Part shown: in pieces, positions 45,359-54,307 of the stretch
Layout: each line of letters opens with the position of its first letter
Position numbering within the stretch: position 1 is the first letter of the stretch
NCBI GenBank assembly: GCA_002470925.1
Contig: DKOX01000062.1
Span: 1 to 55,690, forward strand
DNA from: Opitutia bacterium UBA7350
GTDB lineage: Bacteria > Verrucomicrobiota > Verrucomicrobiia > Opitutales > Coraliomargaritaceae
DNA: 55,690 nt
Direction: 5' to 3'
Notes under the pieces: model-generated
Told to the model about the DNA's origin: nothing
Seen by the model: only the letters and a program-made list of their open reading frames with translations
Database searches by the model: none
Translations under genes and position numbers: made by a program

Positions 45359-47447
45359 GCGTCGCTCCGAATTGCCGGGGGTCGGCAGGGTTTTGGTAGC
45401 GGGTCTCACCTGCACCGTTGTCGAAGAAAAAGACACGCTTCTCGTATTCTGTATTGAACAAATTTCGGCCCCAGAGGGTGAGGGTCCAGTTATCAATGCG
45501 ATAGCCCAAGGCGGCATTAACAACAGTAAAGGCACTGCGCTTCTCGTCGTGACTGTTGGATTCATAATAGGAATCGCTGCCAGACAAGGTTGTGTTCGCA
45601 AAAATGCCATTATCATTGAGATAATCAAGCCTGAGGCTGTAGTTGTAGCTTGGAGCATTGGCAACTTCGCGAGCTTCATTATTAGCATAACTTTCCCTCG
45701 TTGCTTTCAAGAGTCCCAGTGATGCGCTTAACTTCCAGTTGGGGTTGATGGTCCAAGCAGCATCCGATTCAATGCCGTAATGTTTCGCGCTTTTTCCGTT
45801 AACGGTAATGTAGTCAAAGAAGCTACCCACGCCTTTCGAGTCCCGGAATTGTGCATTTTCACGATAAAGAAAAAATGCTGTGAGGCTGGTTGAGAGGGCT
45901 CCGCCCCAGAAGCGGTTTCTCAAGCCAGTTTCCGCGTTCCAAAGAATTTCGCTATCATATTTGATTTGGTCGTTTTGAGTAAAATTTGGAGTGCTGGCTC
46001 CTCCTGCCTTGTATGCTCTTGAGAGCGAGACAAAACTCAGTGCGTTGGCGCTCAAATCCTGCTCATAGGTTAGGGTGCCGCCCCAGAGAAATTCGGAATC
46101 ATTCAGAGCGTAATCAAATACTACGGTGGGAGCATAGTTTATGTCTGGACCTAAGCCATCTGCCTGCACGTCCACAGTATAATATTCGCCGCGTAGTTGC
46201 AAGGTAAGGCGTCGCTCCGCTGTAATGTCCTTACCGATCTGACCAAAGAGGGCATATGCTTCAGATTCAAAGTCTGTATTCCAACGATACCCGCCTGAAG
46301 TCCATCTAGCCCTGCCGGTTTCTTTAAGTCCCTGTGTATAAAAACCAACTGTCCAGCGATCAATATAGCCTTTCGATTTACCTGTCTCGGAATCCAGCCT
46401 TATTTCCTGCGAGTAAACGGTTCGATCACGCCAAAGAGCGAGGGCATCGTCGTAAAAACTGTTAGATGGCGCTGTTGCGTTAGGCCCGTCACCCCAATCA
46501 CCGTCGTAACTGTAAAAGGTATTTGTGTCTATATATGTTGTGGTTGAAGAGAGTTGCACACCATTGAGATCAATAAAAGTGCCGCGTATGCTGGCGGCTT
46601 TGGATTCCTGTTCATCGCGACCGGGTTGGTCGGAAAAAACGGTGAATCCGGTATTGTCGAGTGACCATTCATCATAACCGTTGTTGGCATCGGCATAAAA
46701 GAGCGTGCCGTCCCAAGTCCAATCGCTAGCGGGTTTCCAGCTTAGTTTTAGACGGGTATTGAACTCGTCGCGCTCATTGGTGTCGTCTCGGTTGAGATGC
46801 TTATTTTTGCGGAAGCCATCACTATTTTGTTGGTAGAGTGAGTAGCGGAAAGTAAGGGACTTGGGGTTATGATTGAGGAGCGGGCCGCCGAAGGCGATAC
46901 CGCCCCCACGGAGATTATCTTGTCCGATGGTGCCCTCGGCCTGTCCGCTCCAATATGGGGTGGGATCATTACTGACGAGCTTGATGAGACCGCCGGCAGC
47001 ATTCACGCCAAATGCCCCGGCCTGCGGACCCCGGAGAACTTCGACCTGTTGTATATCAAAAAGGTTGCCGATCGAGCCGAGCCCCGTGAAGTCGAGGTCG
47101 TCGATCAGGAAACGCACCGTGGAATCGGGGGTTTCGCCCTCAAACTGGGAGTTTTCGCCGATCCCTCGGATTTGAAAATATCGGGGACGGGAAGTTCCGC
47201 CGGTCCAGGTAAGGTTAGGGATCACCTCGATGAGATCCTGGAAGTGAAGGCTGCCGTTGGATTCCAAGTCGCTGGAATCGATCGCAGTGGTGCTGTTGGT
47301 GGTCCGCAGAAGATCGGTCTCCCAGAGAGTGGCGGTCACGACTAATTCGGGAAGTTCGTGAACCGGGGCATTTGCTTGGGCTGTCTCGTTGGCAAAAACG
47401 GCAGTGCCCAGTGAGCAAAAGAGGGTGCAGGCGATAGTAGCTTTCAT
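45342..47447 (-). CDS. TonB-dependent outer-membrane receptor (probably thiamine or a thiamine precursor, from the riboswitch context)
   Basis: Signal peptide, plug domain (ELPELVVTA...), a 22-strand barrel-like C-terminus and a terminal aromatic residue (..LNYTW). A TPP riboswitch lies directly upstream. Confidence 0.92.
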   Translation of the reverse strand: MKATIACTLFCSLGTAVFANETAQANAPVHELPELVVTATLWETDLLRTTNSTTAIDSSDLESNGSLHFQDLIEVIPNLTWTGGTSRPRYFQIRGIGENSQFEGETPDSTVRFLIDDLDFTGLGSIGNLFDIQQVEVLRGPQAGAFGVNAAGGLIKLVSNDPTPYWSGQAEGTIGQDNLRGGGIAFGGPLLNHNPKSLTFRYSLYQQNSDGFRKNKHLNRDDTNERDEFNTRLKLSWKPASDWTWDGTLFYADANNGYDEWSLDNTGFTVFSDQPGRDEQESKAASIRGTFIDLNGVQLSSTTTYIDTNTFYSYDGDWGDGPNATAPSNSFYDDALALWRDRTVYSQEIRLDSETGKSKGYIDRWTVGFYTQGLKETGRARWTSGGYRWNTDFESEAYALFGQIGKDITAERRLTLQLRGEYYTVDVQADGLGPDINYAPTVVFDYALNDSEFLWGGTLTYEQDLSANALSFVSLSRAYKAGGASTPNFTQNDQIKYDSEILWNAETGLRNRFWGGALSTSLTAFFLYRENAQFRDSKGVGSFFDYITVNGKSAKHYGIESDAAWTINPNWKLSASLGLLKATRESYANNEAREVANAPSYNYSLRLDYLNDNGIFANTTLSGSDSYYESNSHDEKRSAFTVVNAALGYRIDNWTLTLWGRNLFNTEYEKRVFFFDNGAGETRYQNPADPRQFGATLNYTW

Positions 47448-47451
47448 TTTT

Positions 47452-47477
47452 GGATCTCAATAATTGTGTTGAGATCC
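47452..47477 (-). promoter_or_regulatory. 9-bp hairpin abutting the receptor start codon (likely riboswitch expression platform)
   Basis: GGATCTCAA-8 nt-TTGAGATCC. On the mRNA it ends 4 nt before the ATG at 47447. No U-run follows, so it looks translational rather than terminator-type. Confidence 0.45.
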
Positions 47478-47522
47478 GGCTGCTTCGGCAGGGAAGCGAT
47501 AGCGTGCACGCAGGCACGATTA

Positions 47523-47620
47523 CCTTTCCCTACGCCGGGATGAGCCGGATCAGGTTCGAAGGGATCGCTTTGTGCTAGTGCAGGAAGCTGTCTCAGACCC
47601 ATGCCAGGTCACCCCTAAGG
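47523..47620 (-). promoter_or_regulatory. TPP (THI-box) riboswitch aptamer
   Basis: The minus strand reads CCUUAGGGGUGACC..GGUCUGAGA..(P3 insert)..CCCUUCGAACCUGAUCCGGCUCAUCCCGGCGUAGGGAAAGG. It matches the conserved GGGGUG, CUGAGA, ACCUGAUC and GCGUAGGGAA blocks of the E. coli thiM aptamer. Confidence 0.87.
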
Positions 47621-47730
47621 AAAATTCATAATTCAAGCGCATATTTATTTGAGTCAACCAAGAAGCGCGGAATTCTTTAAGAAAGGCAGAAAAAGGTGGT
47701 CAATCAGGCAGACTTCACAAACATGCTTTT

Positions 47731-48855
47731 ATGTCTCGGATATATTTGTCACCCCCGGATTTGAGTGAGTCGGATCACGCCGCCGTTGCGGCGGCGCTTG
47801 CTTCGAATTGGGTGGCACCGGTCGGGCCGGAGCTGGAGGCATTTGAGGCCGAGGCTTGCGCGCTCAGCAAACGGACGGCAGGCTTAGCGGTTAATTCCGG
47901 GACCGCCGCGCTGCATTTGGCTTTAAAAGTTCTCGGTATCGGGAAGGGGGATCTTGTTTTGTGTCCGTCCTTTACCTTTGCTGCGAGCGCCAACCCGATT
48001 GTTTATTGTGGCGCAGTCCCGGTTTTTATCGGAAGCGAGCCGCGCACGTGGAATATGGATCCGGAGGCGCTTCGTGAGGCTTTCGAGGCACTCGCAGGGG
48101 AGGGCAAAAAACCGAAGGCTGTGATTGTTGTGCAGCTATATGGTCAGTGTGCCGATATGACTGCGATTGAAAAAGTTTGCGCGGAATATGCGGTGCCGCT
48201 CATTGAAGATGCCGCCGAAGCGCTGGGGGCGTCCTATCAGGGGCGTCCGGCGGGATCTTTTGGAGCGTTCTCTTTTTTCTCTTTCAACGGAAATAAAATC
48301 ATTACGACTTCAGGAGGCGGGATGCTGCTTTCGGATGCGGTTGAGGCGCTGGAAGCGGCGCGATCACTCTCCATGCAGGCCCGGGAGCCTGTGATCCACT
48401 ATGAACATCGTAAAATAGGCTACAACTATCGTATGAGCAATGTGCTGGCGGCCCTTGGCAGGAGCCAGTTGGCGGATCTCGCCCGGCGGATTTGCATGCG
48501 AAAAGCGCATTTTGAAGCATACAAGCAGGAGTTGGATACATTGCCGGGAGTGGAATTTATGCCGATTGTGGAACCCGATGCGGTGAATTATTGGCTGACC
48601 TGTCTAACGATTGATTCGAGTGAGTCGAAGGCGGATGCTGCGAGCGTCATAAAAGCACTTGAAGCCGCGGATATTGAAGCGAGGCCGCTTTGGAAGCCCT
48701 TGCATTTACAGCCGGTTTTCCAAGCATGCCGCTATTATGGAAGTGGTATTGAGGAAAAGCTTTTTTTTGATGGATTGTGTTTGCCGAGTGGTTCCGGTTT
48801 GACCGAGGAAGAACGCGGGAAGGTCACTGCGAAGGTACGTTCAAGTTTAGAGTAG
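47731..48855 (+). CDS. DegT/DnrJ/EryC1/StrS-family PLP-dependent sugar aminotransferase
   Basis: NSGTAALHLAL, DAAEALG and SFNGNKIITTSGGGML (PLP-Lys region) are present over 374 aa. Confidence 0.9.
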   Translation: MSRIYLSPPDLSESDHAAVAAALASNWVAPVGPELEAFEAEACALSKRTAGLAVNSGTAALHLALKVLGIGKGDLVLCPSFTFAASANPIVYCGAVPVFIGSEPRTWNMDPEALREAFEALAGEGKKPKAVIVVQLYGQCADMTAIEKVCAEYAVPLIEDAAEALGASYQGRPAGSFGAFSFFSFNGNKIITTSGGGMLLSDAVEALEAARSLSMQAREPVIHYEHRKIGYNYRMSNVLAALGRSQLADLARRICMRKAHFEAYKQELDTLPGVEFMPIVEPDAVNYWLTCLTIDSSESKADAASVIKALEAADIEARPLWKPLHLQPVFQACRYYGSGIEEKLFFDGLCLPSGSGLTEEERGKVTAKVRSSLE

Positions 48856-48869
48856 GATTTTAAATATTT

Positions 48870-50741
48870 ATGAACCGAATTTGGTTACCCCGACTTTTTA
48901 ACCTGCCGACGATTGGGCTTTTATTGGCTTACTTGTTGATTCTATCTGCAAGTTATTGGATCGCCTTTGAATTGCGCTTTGATTTCTCAGTTACGGAGTA
49001 TTACGAAACGGTCCGGATTGAGACTTTATGGTGGGTGCTGCTGTTAAAAATCGCGCTTTTGTTGGCATTCGGGCAATTTGAGACGGTGCTGTCTTATTTT
49101 CGCCTGCCGGATGCGCTGCGTCTATTGACGGCCTTGTCAATTGTCGCAGTGATTTTGGTCCTCAGTTGGTTTCAATTTGACGGAAAGGAAATTGCGCCGC
49201 GCTCGGTCATTCTTTCAGATCTTCAGCTTTCATTTTTGGGGCTGACGCTTTTTCGGTTACTATTTCGGATTAAGGCAAGCAAGGATCTTAGCGATTGGCT
49301 CGCCGTTCAGGAAACTGAACGTGTGATAATTGTTGGTGCGGGAGAAGTGGGGGCAGGTCTGGCGGCAGACTTAATGAGTAAGGGCCGTCTGGGTATGCGT
49401 CCGGTGGCATTTCTGGATGATGACTCCAAGAAAGTGGGTCGTTATGTTCATAACCTTATGGTGGTGGGTCGTGTAGATGAATTGGCCAGTGTGGCGAGTC
49501 GTTATAAAGCGACAAAAGTTGTAGTGGCGTTTCCATCTGCCCCAATGAAACGTATTAAGGAAGTCGTGGAGTGTGCTCGCGAGGCTGGTTTGAAGGTGGA
49601 TCGGGTGCCGGCGCTAACGGACCTCGTGAGCGGGAAGGCTCAAGTCTCGCAGCTGCGCCCGATTGAAATGGAGGATTTGCTTGGTCGGGAAGCAGTGGAT
49701 TTGAATGATGATGCCATTCAGGCATTGTTGCAGGGCAAGCGTGTTTTGGTTACGGGAGCAGGCGGCAGCATCGGAACGGAATTAGTTGAACAAGTATTGG
49801 AGCGATCTCCTGATAAGGTCCTTTGTCTCGATCATTCGGAATTAGCGGTCTTTAATCTACAACAGCGGGTGTTCAAGTTGGCAAAAGCGGACCCTCAAAT
49901 TCAAACCAAGGTGCTTGATATTTGTGATACCCGAAACCTCAAACTGCTCTTGGAGGATTTTAAACCGGAAGTGATCTTTCATGCAGCAGCGCATAAGCAT
50001 GTTAACCTAATGGAAGATCAACCCGAGCAAGCGCTTCAAAACAACACTTTGGGAACTTTGGACCTCGCCCGAATCGCCTCGCGCATGGGAGTTGAGTATT
50101 TTGTTTTGATTTCCACCGACAAGGCAATTAACCCAACCAGCGTGATGGGCGCGAGCAAGCGACTTGCTGAACTTGCGATTGTAAATCAGCAAGCGGAAAG
50201 CGGTAACCAGACTCGCTTTATTTCGGTTCGATTTGGGAATGTGCTGGGTTCCTCCGGTAGTGTGATTCCAATATTTCGCCAGCAGCTTGCAGAGGGTGGT
50301 CCCTTGACCGTTACAGACCCCGAGGTCACGCGTTTCTTTATGACGGTTCAGGAAGCGGTGGGCCTTGTCCTGCAAAGCGCGACCCAGGGCGAGGGCGGAG
50401 AAATTTTTGTTTTGGATATGGGGAAACCAATCAAAATCCTGGATGTCGCTCGTCAAATGATAGCATTGGCGGGAATGCGTGAAGGAGTGGACATCGAGAT
50501 AGAATTCACCGGATTGCGTCCCGGTGAAAAACGCTATGAGGAAGTGCAGCACTTGAGCGAAACGCTATATGCCACCAACCATCCCCGGATCATGCGCTTC
50601 AAGGGCACTAAGGATGCAATCGAGGCCGCTCATGATTTGGAATCCCGCATCCGCGATCATTTAGCGGAGGGTCATAAAGTCCAGATCAGGGAGCTGATGC
50701 ATGCGATGCTTCCTGAATACCGCCGCTATTCAAGCACTTGA
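48870..50741 (+). CDS. Membrane-bound nucleotide-sugar 4,6-dehydratase (CapD/PglF/WbpM family)
   Basis: Four N-terminal TM helices, a CoA-like linker domain, then an SDR domain with VLVTGAGGSIGTEL, AAHKHV and STDKA. Confidence 0.9.
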   Translation: MNRIWLPRLFNLPTIGLLLAYLLILSASYWIAFELRFDFSVTEYYETVRIETLWWVLLLKIALLLAFGQFETVLSYFRLPDALRLLTALSIVAVILVLSWFQFDGKEIAPRSVILSDLQLSFLGLTLFRLLFRIKASKDLSDWLAVQETERVIIVGAGEVGAGLAADLMSKGRLGMRPVAFLDDDSKKVGRYVHNLMVVGRVDELASVASRYKATKVVVAFPSAPMKRIKEVVECAREAGLKVDRVPALTDLVSGKAQVSQLRPIEMEDLLGREAVDLNDDAIQALLQGKRVLVTGAGGSIGTELVEQVLERSPDKVLCLDHSELAVFNLQQRVFKLAKADPQIQTKVLDICDTRNLKLLLEDFKPEVIFHAAAHKHVNLMEDQPEQALQNNTLGTLDLARIASRMGVEYFVLISTDKAINPTSVMGASKRLAELAIVNQQAESGNQTRFISVRFGNVLGSSGSVIPIFRQQLAEGGPLTVTDPEVTRFFMTVQEAVGLVLQSATQGEGGEIFVLDMGKPIKILDVARQMIALAGMREGVDIEIEFTGLRPGEKRYEEVQHLSETLYATNHPRIMRFKGTKDAIEAAHDLESRIRDHLAEGHKVQIRELMHAMLPEYRRYSST

Positions 50742-50742
50742 T

Positions 50743-51633
50743 TCAACGATGAGTTTCACGGGGATCGAGCGCGTCGCGCAAGCCATCACCCAAAAAATTA
50801 AGGGAAAAGATTGTTAGAGAAAAGAGCGCCGCAGGTCCGATGAGCAGCCAGGGGTAAATATCGAGTTTGTCAGCTCCCTCGTTGATCAAGGTGCCCCATG
50901 AGCTCTGTGGCGGTTGCACACCAAGCCCCAGAAAACTTAGGATCGATTCCAGTAAAATTACGGCCGGTATGGTAAGGGTGCTGTAGACAATGACGGCGCC
51001 GAGCAGGTTCGGTAGTAAATGATCGCGTAAAATTCGCCAGTGGCTTGCTCCGCTTGCACGAGCCGCCTCGACATAGCTTAAAGTCCGCAGGCTCCTTGCT
51101 TGCGCGCGCACGATTCGCGCCATCGTGAGCCATTCAACGGCACCGATCGCGAGAAAAATTAAGAAGATGCTTTTGCGATCAAAAGTAACGGTGAGGACCA
51201 CCACCAGCATCGTAAAAGGGAGGGCATAAACCACATCAACAAAGCGCATCATGAGCGTATCGATTCGACGACCACAGTAACCCGCGAGCGCTCCGTAGCT
51301 AACACCCATGAGCAGTGCAACAAAGGTGGCCGCAAATCCCACCCCGATTGAGATACGCCCGCCGGTCAGGACGCGCTCCAGGAGATCCCGTCCCAATTCA
51401 TCGGTGCCCAGCCAATGTTCCCATGAGGGGGGCTCGGCACCACGCGCCAAATCCTGTGTTGCGAAATCCTGACTACTCAAAAGCGGCCCGATCAGGCAGG
51501 CCGTGAGAATTGCGAGAAAAAGAAAGCCGCCGAAGCGCGCCATGGGGTTGCGGCAAAGGCGTTTCCAGGCAACCCCGCCGGGGGATTGTTGTATGCAACG
51601 CAGCACTTTTTCTTCTCGTTTTTCCTTAGTCAT
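50743..51633 (-). CDS. ABC transporter permease (OppC/DppC-like)
   Basis: The ATG at 51633 overlaps the upstream stop by 8 nt. The track extension to 51756 lies inside the preceding gene. It is a typical OppC-like TM protein. Confidence 0.88.
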   Translation of the reverse strand: MTKEKREEKVLRCIQQSPGGVAWKRLCRNPMARFGGFLFLAILTACLIGPLLSSQDFATQDLARGAEPPSWEHWLGTDELGRDLLERVLTGGRISIGVGFAATFVALLMGVSYGALAGYCGRRIDTLMMRFVDVVYALPFTMLVVVLTVTFDRKSIFLIFLAIGAVEWLTMARIVRAQARSLRTLSYVEAARASGASHWRILRDHLLPNLLGAVIVYSTLTIPAVILLESILSFLGLGVQPPQSSWGTLINEGADKLDIYPWLLIGPAALFSLTIFSLNFLGDGLRDALDPRETHR

Positions 51634-52543
51634 GACGGGAGCGTGGCTGCAGCCACATCTGGATAAGATCCACGATAAGGTTAAAACTGATAATGAGGAC
51701 GGCGTAAAAGAGCACGGTTCCCAATACGAGGGTATAGTCGCGATTGAGCGCGGCATTTACAAAAAACGGACCGAGACCCGGGATGAAAAATAGCGTTTCA
51801 ACCACGAAGGAACCACTGATGAGCCCCGCCGCCGCAGGCCCAAGAAATGAGATCACCGGCTGCATTGCGGAACGCATGGCATGACGCCGGATTACCGTCC
51901 AGGCAGATAGTCCCTTGGCGCGGGCACTGCGGATCCAGTCGTTATTTAAAACTTCCAACATACCGCCCCGGGCGAGGCGGGCGATGTAGGCGGCATACAT
52001 GAGCCCGAGGGTTAGGGCAGGCAGGATGCGATCGCTGGAAAAATTCCAACCGAGGGGATTAAACCAATCCAGAATCAGGGCAAAGGCGAGGATCAGGATG
52101 GGACCAATGACGAATGAAGGCAGGCAGATCCCAAGGGTGGCGATTGCCATTAAGACCGATTCAGCGGCCTGATTGTGCCGCAGCGCTGCCAAAACGCCGA
52201 GCGGGATCCCGATCGCAAGCGCGATCAGCAAAGCCCAAAGACCCAGTTCAAGCGAGACCGGAAAGGCCTGCGCAATAATTTCCTGCACCTCCCATCCTGC
52301 GTATTGATAGGACGGTCCAAGGTCGCCACGCAATAGATTGCCCAGAAAATGGAGGTATTGGACGTAAAGCGGATCGTCCAGACCGTAGTGCGCCTCGATT
52401 TGTAGTTTGATTTCCGGTGACACCGGTTTTTCAGAATCAAAGGGACCGCCCGGAGCGAGACGTAGTAAAACAAAGGTCGCAGTAGCGATAATCCAAAGTG
52501 TGGGAAGTGCCTGTAGCAGGCGTCTTGCGATTATGGATAACAT
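51626..52543 (-). CDS. ABC transporter permease (OppB/DppB-like)
   Basis: MLSIIARRLLQALPTLWIIATATFVLLRLAPGGPF is the canonical OppB N-terminus. Confidence 0.9.
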   Translation of the reverse strand: MLSIIARRLLQALPTLWIIATATFVLLRLAPGGPFDSEKPVSPEIKLQIEAHYGLDDPLYVQYLHFLGNLLRGDLGPSYQYAGWEVQEIIAQAFPVSLELGLWALLIALAIGIPLGVLAALRHNQAAESVLMAIATLGICLPSFVIGPILILAFALILDWFNPLGWNFSSDRILPALTLGLMYAAYIARLARGGMLEVLNNDWIRSARAKGLSAWTVIRRHAMRSAMQPVISFLGPAAAGLISGSFVVETLFFIPGLGPFFVNAALNRDYTLVLGTVLFYAVLIISFNLIVDLIQMWLQPRSRHD

Positions 52544-52545
52544 TT

Positions 52546-54174
52546 TTAAGGTTCGAGACGCACCGCTTGATAGGGGTGATTGTCAAGAATGCTCGGGTAC
52601 CAGCCCTTGACGGAGGGATGAATGAGGCGACTGGTCACATAAAAATAAATGGGAATCACCGGCAGCGCATCGATCAAAATTTCCTCTGCTTCTTGAAACA
52701 AGGCATGGCGGGCCTCGGGATTAGTCTCGCGTGCTGCCTCTGCAAGGAGGGCGTCGTAACGCGGGTCATGCCAATTGGTATGGTTGTTGCCGTTCTCGCT
52801 TTCACCGAGGCTCAGGAAGGTGTTGGGGTCGTCGTAATCGCCATACCACGCCGCTCGAAGGATGTCAAAGTCGCCGCTTTGGCGGGTTGCGAGATAGGCT
52901 TTCCATTCCTGGTTATGCAACTCGATTTCGATACCGAGTTCCTTTTTCCACATTGCCTGAATGGCGACTGCGAGGGTGCGATGCGATTCGCTGGTGTTAA
53001 AGAGCAGTTGCAGTTTGGGGAAACCCTTGCCCCCAGGGTAGCCCGCCTCCGCGAGGCGTTGGCGCGCGAGGTCGGGATCAAAAGGTAAACGAGCCTTCGC
53101 ATGATAGCCACCGGTGTTGGGCGGGGTAAAATGAAAGGCGGGTTTTTGCCCCGCTTTCAGGACGTGTTCGGTCAATTGCTCCCGGTCAATCGCATAGGCG
53201 AGGGCTTGTCGGACCTTTGGTTCATTGAGGGGGCGCCGCTCCGTGTTGAGCATATAATAATAGACCCCGAGTGCCGTGTCGAATCGGAGTTGTTCCGGCT
53301 GGTTTTCCCGGTACCAATCAATGCGGTGGATGGGTACGGAACTGGTTAGATGGAGATGGCCGGCGCGAAAGGCGCGTTCCTCGCTTTTTACTGCGATCGG
53401 CAAGAAATGGAGACCGTTGAGCGCTACCTCTGAATGCTCGCGGTAGTGCCGATTGCGTACCGCATGAATACCGTTATTCAAACGCCAGTGTTTGAGCATG
53501 AAGGGGCCATTGCCGACGAAATTCCCGGGCTTGGTCCATTTTGAAATACGATCGGTCATGCTGCCGTGCGCCAGAATGGTGGGGGGATGCACCGGCCACC
53601 AGGTATTGTGAGCAAGCATACTCAAAAAATAAGGAGTGGGGGACTCCAGCTCAATGACAAGGGTACGTGCATCCGGTGCGCTGACTCCGACGCTTGCAAA
53701 ATCAGGGTTCTTTCCGCGGTGAAAGGCTTCCGCGCCGCGCATTGGGTAGAGCATGTAGGCATATGGGGCGCCGAGGGCAGGTGATAGGATGCGTTCAAAG
53801 GAAAAGATAAAATCCTGAGGCGTGACGCGATCCCCGTTGGACCAGCAAGCCTCGGGATCAAAATAAAAAGTATAGCGCAATTGATCATCCGATATAGCCC
53901 AGGAGCGCGCCACGCCCGCCTCGACTGCCATGGTCTCGGGATTGAGGGTGGTCAGTCCCTCGAGCAACGCGAGCATCACCGAATACTCCGTGAGGCCGGT
54001 CGTGAGGTGTGGGTCGAGGGCGGCGGGTTCAGCTCCGATTCCCAAATAGAGTTCCCCATTCTCATTCCCGCGCTCCACATTGGTTTGATGCTTGGAACAG
54101 GCACAAAAAGCCACCAGCAGCAGACAGCTAATATATTTAAGGATGCGGCGATAGGAAAACACGCCGGTGAGCAT
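52546..54174 (-). CDS. ABC transporter solute-binding lipoprotein, family 5 (Opp/Dpp type)
   Basis: Signal plus lipobox LLVAFCACS. Family-5 SBP character runs throughout the 542 aa (WSNGDRVTPQDF). Confidence 0.9.
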   Translation of the reverse strand: MLTGVFSYRRILKYISCLLLVAFCACSKHQTNVERGNENGELYLGIGAEPAALDPHLTTGLTEYSVMLALLEGLTTLNPETMAVEAGVARSWAISDDQLRYTFYFDPEACWSNGDRVTPQDFIFSFERILSPALGAPYAYMLYPMRGAEAFHRGKNPDFASVGVSAPDARTLVIELESPTPYFLSMLAHNTWWPVHPPTILAHGSMTDRISKWTKPGNFVGNGPFMLKHWRLNNGIHAVRNRHYREHSEVALNGLHFLPIAVKSEERAFRAGHLHLTSSVPIHRIDWYRENQPEQLRFDTALGVYYYMLNTERRPLNEPKVRQALAYAIDREQLTEHVLKAGQKPAFHFTPPNTGGYHAKARLPFDPDLARQRLAEAGYPGGKGFPKLQLLFNTSESHRTLAVAIQAMWKKELGIEIELHNQEWKAYLATRQSGDFDILRAAWYGDYDDPNTFLSLGESENGNNHTNWHDPRYDALLAEAARETNPEARHALFQEAEEILIDALPVIPIYFYVTSRLIHPSVKGWYPSILDNHPYQAVRLEP

Positions 54175-54307
54175 TTATCGGTCATCCGAGAAATGCAAGG
54201 ATGGGTGATACTGCTGGCAACGAATACTGATTCAAAAATATAAACGCAGAGTACCAACGGCAAGGTCCTTAACAACTTCCAAGGTCCCACCAACAGCCTC
54301 CTACTGT

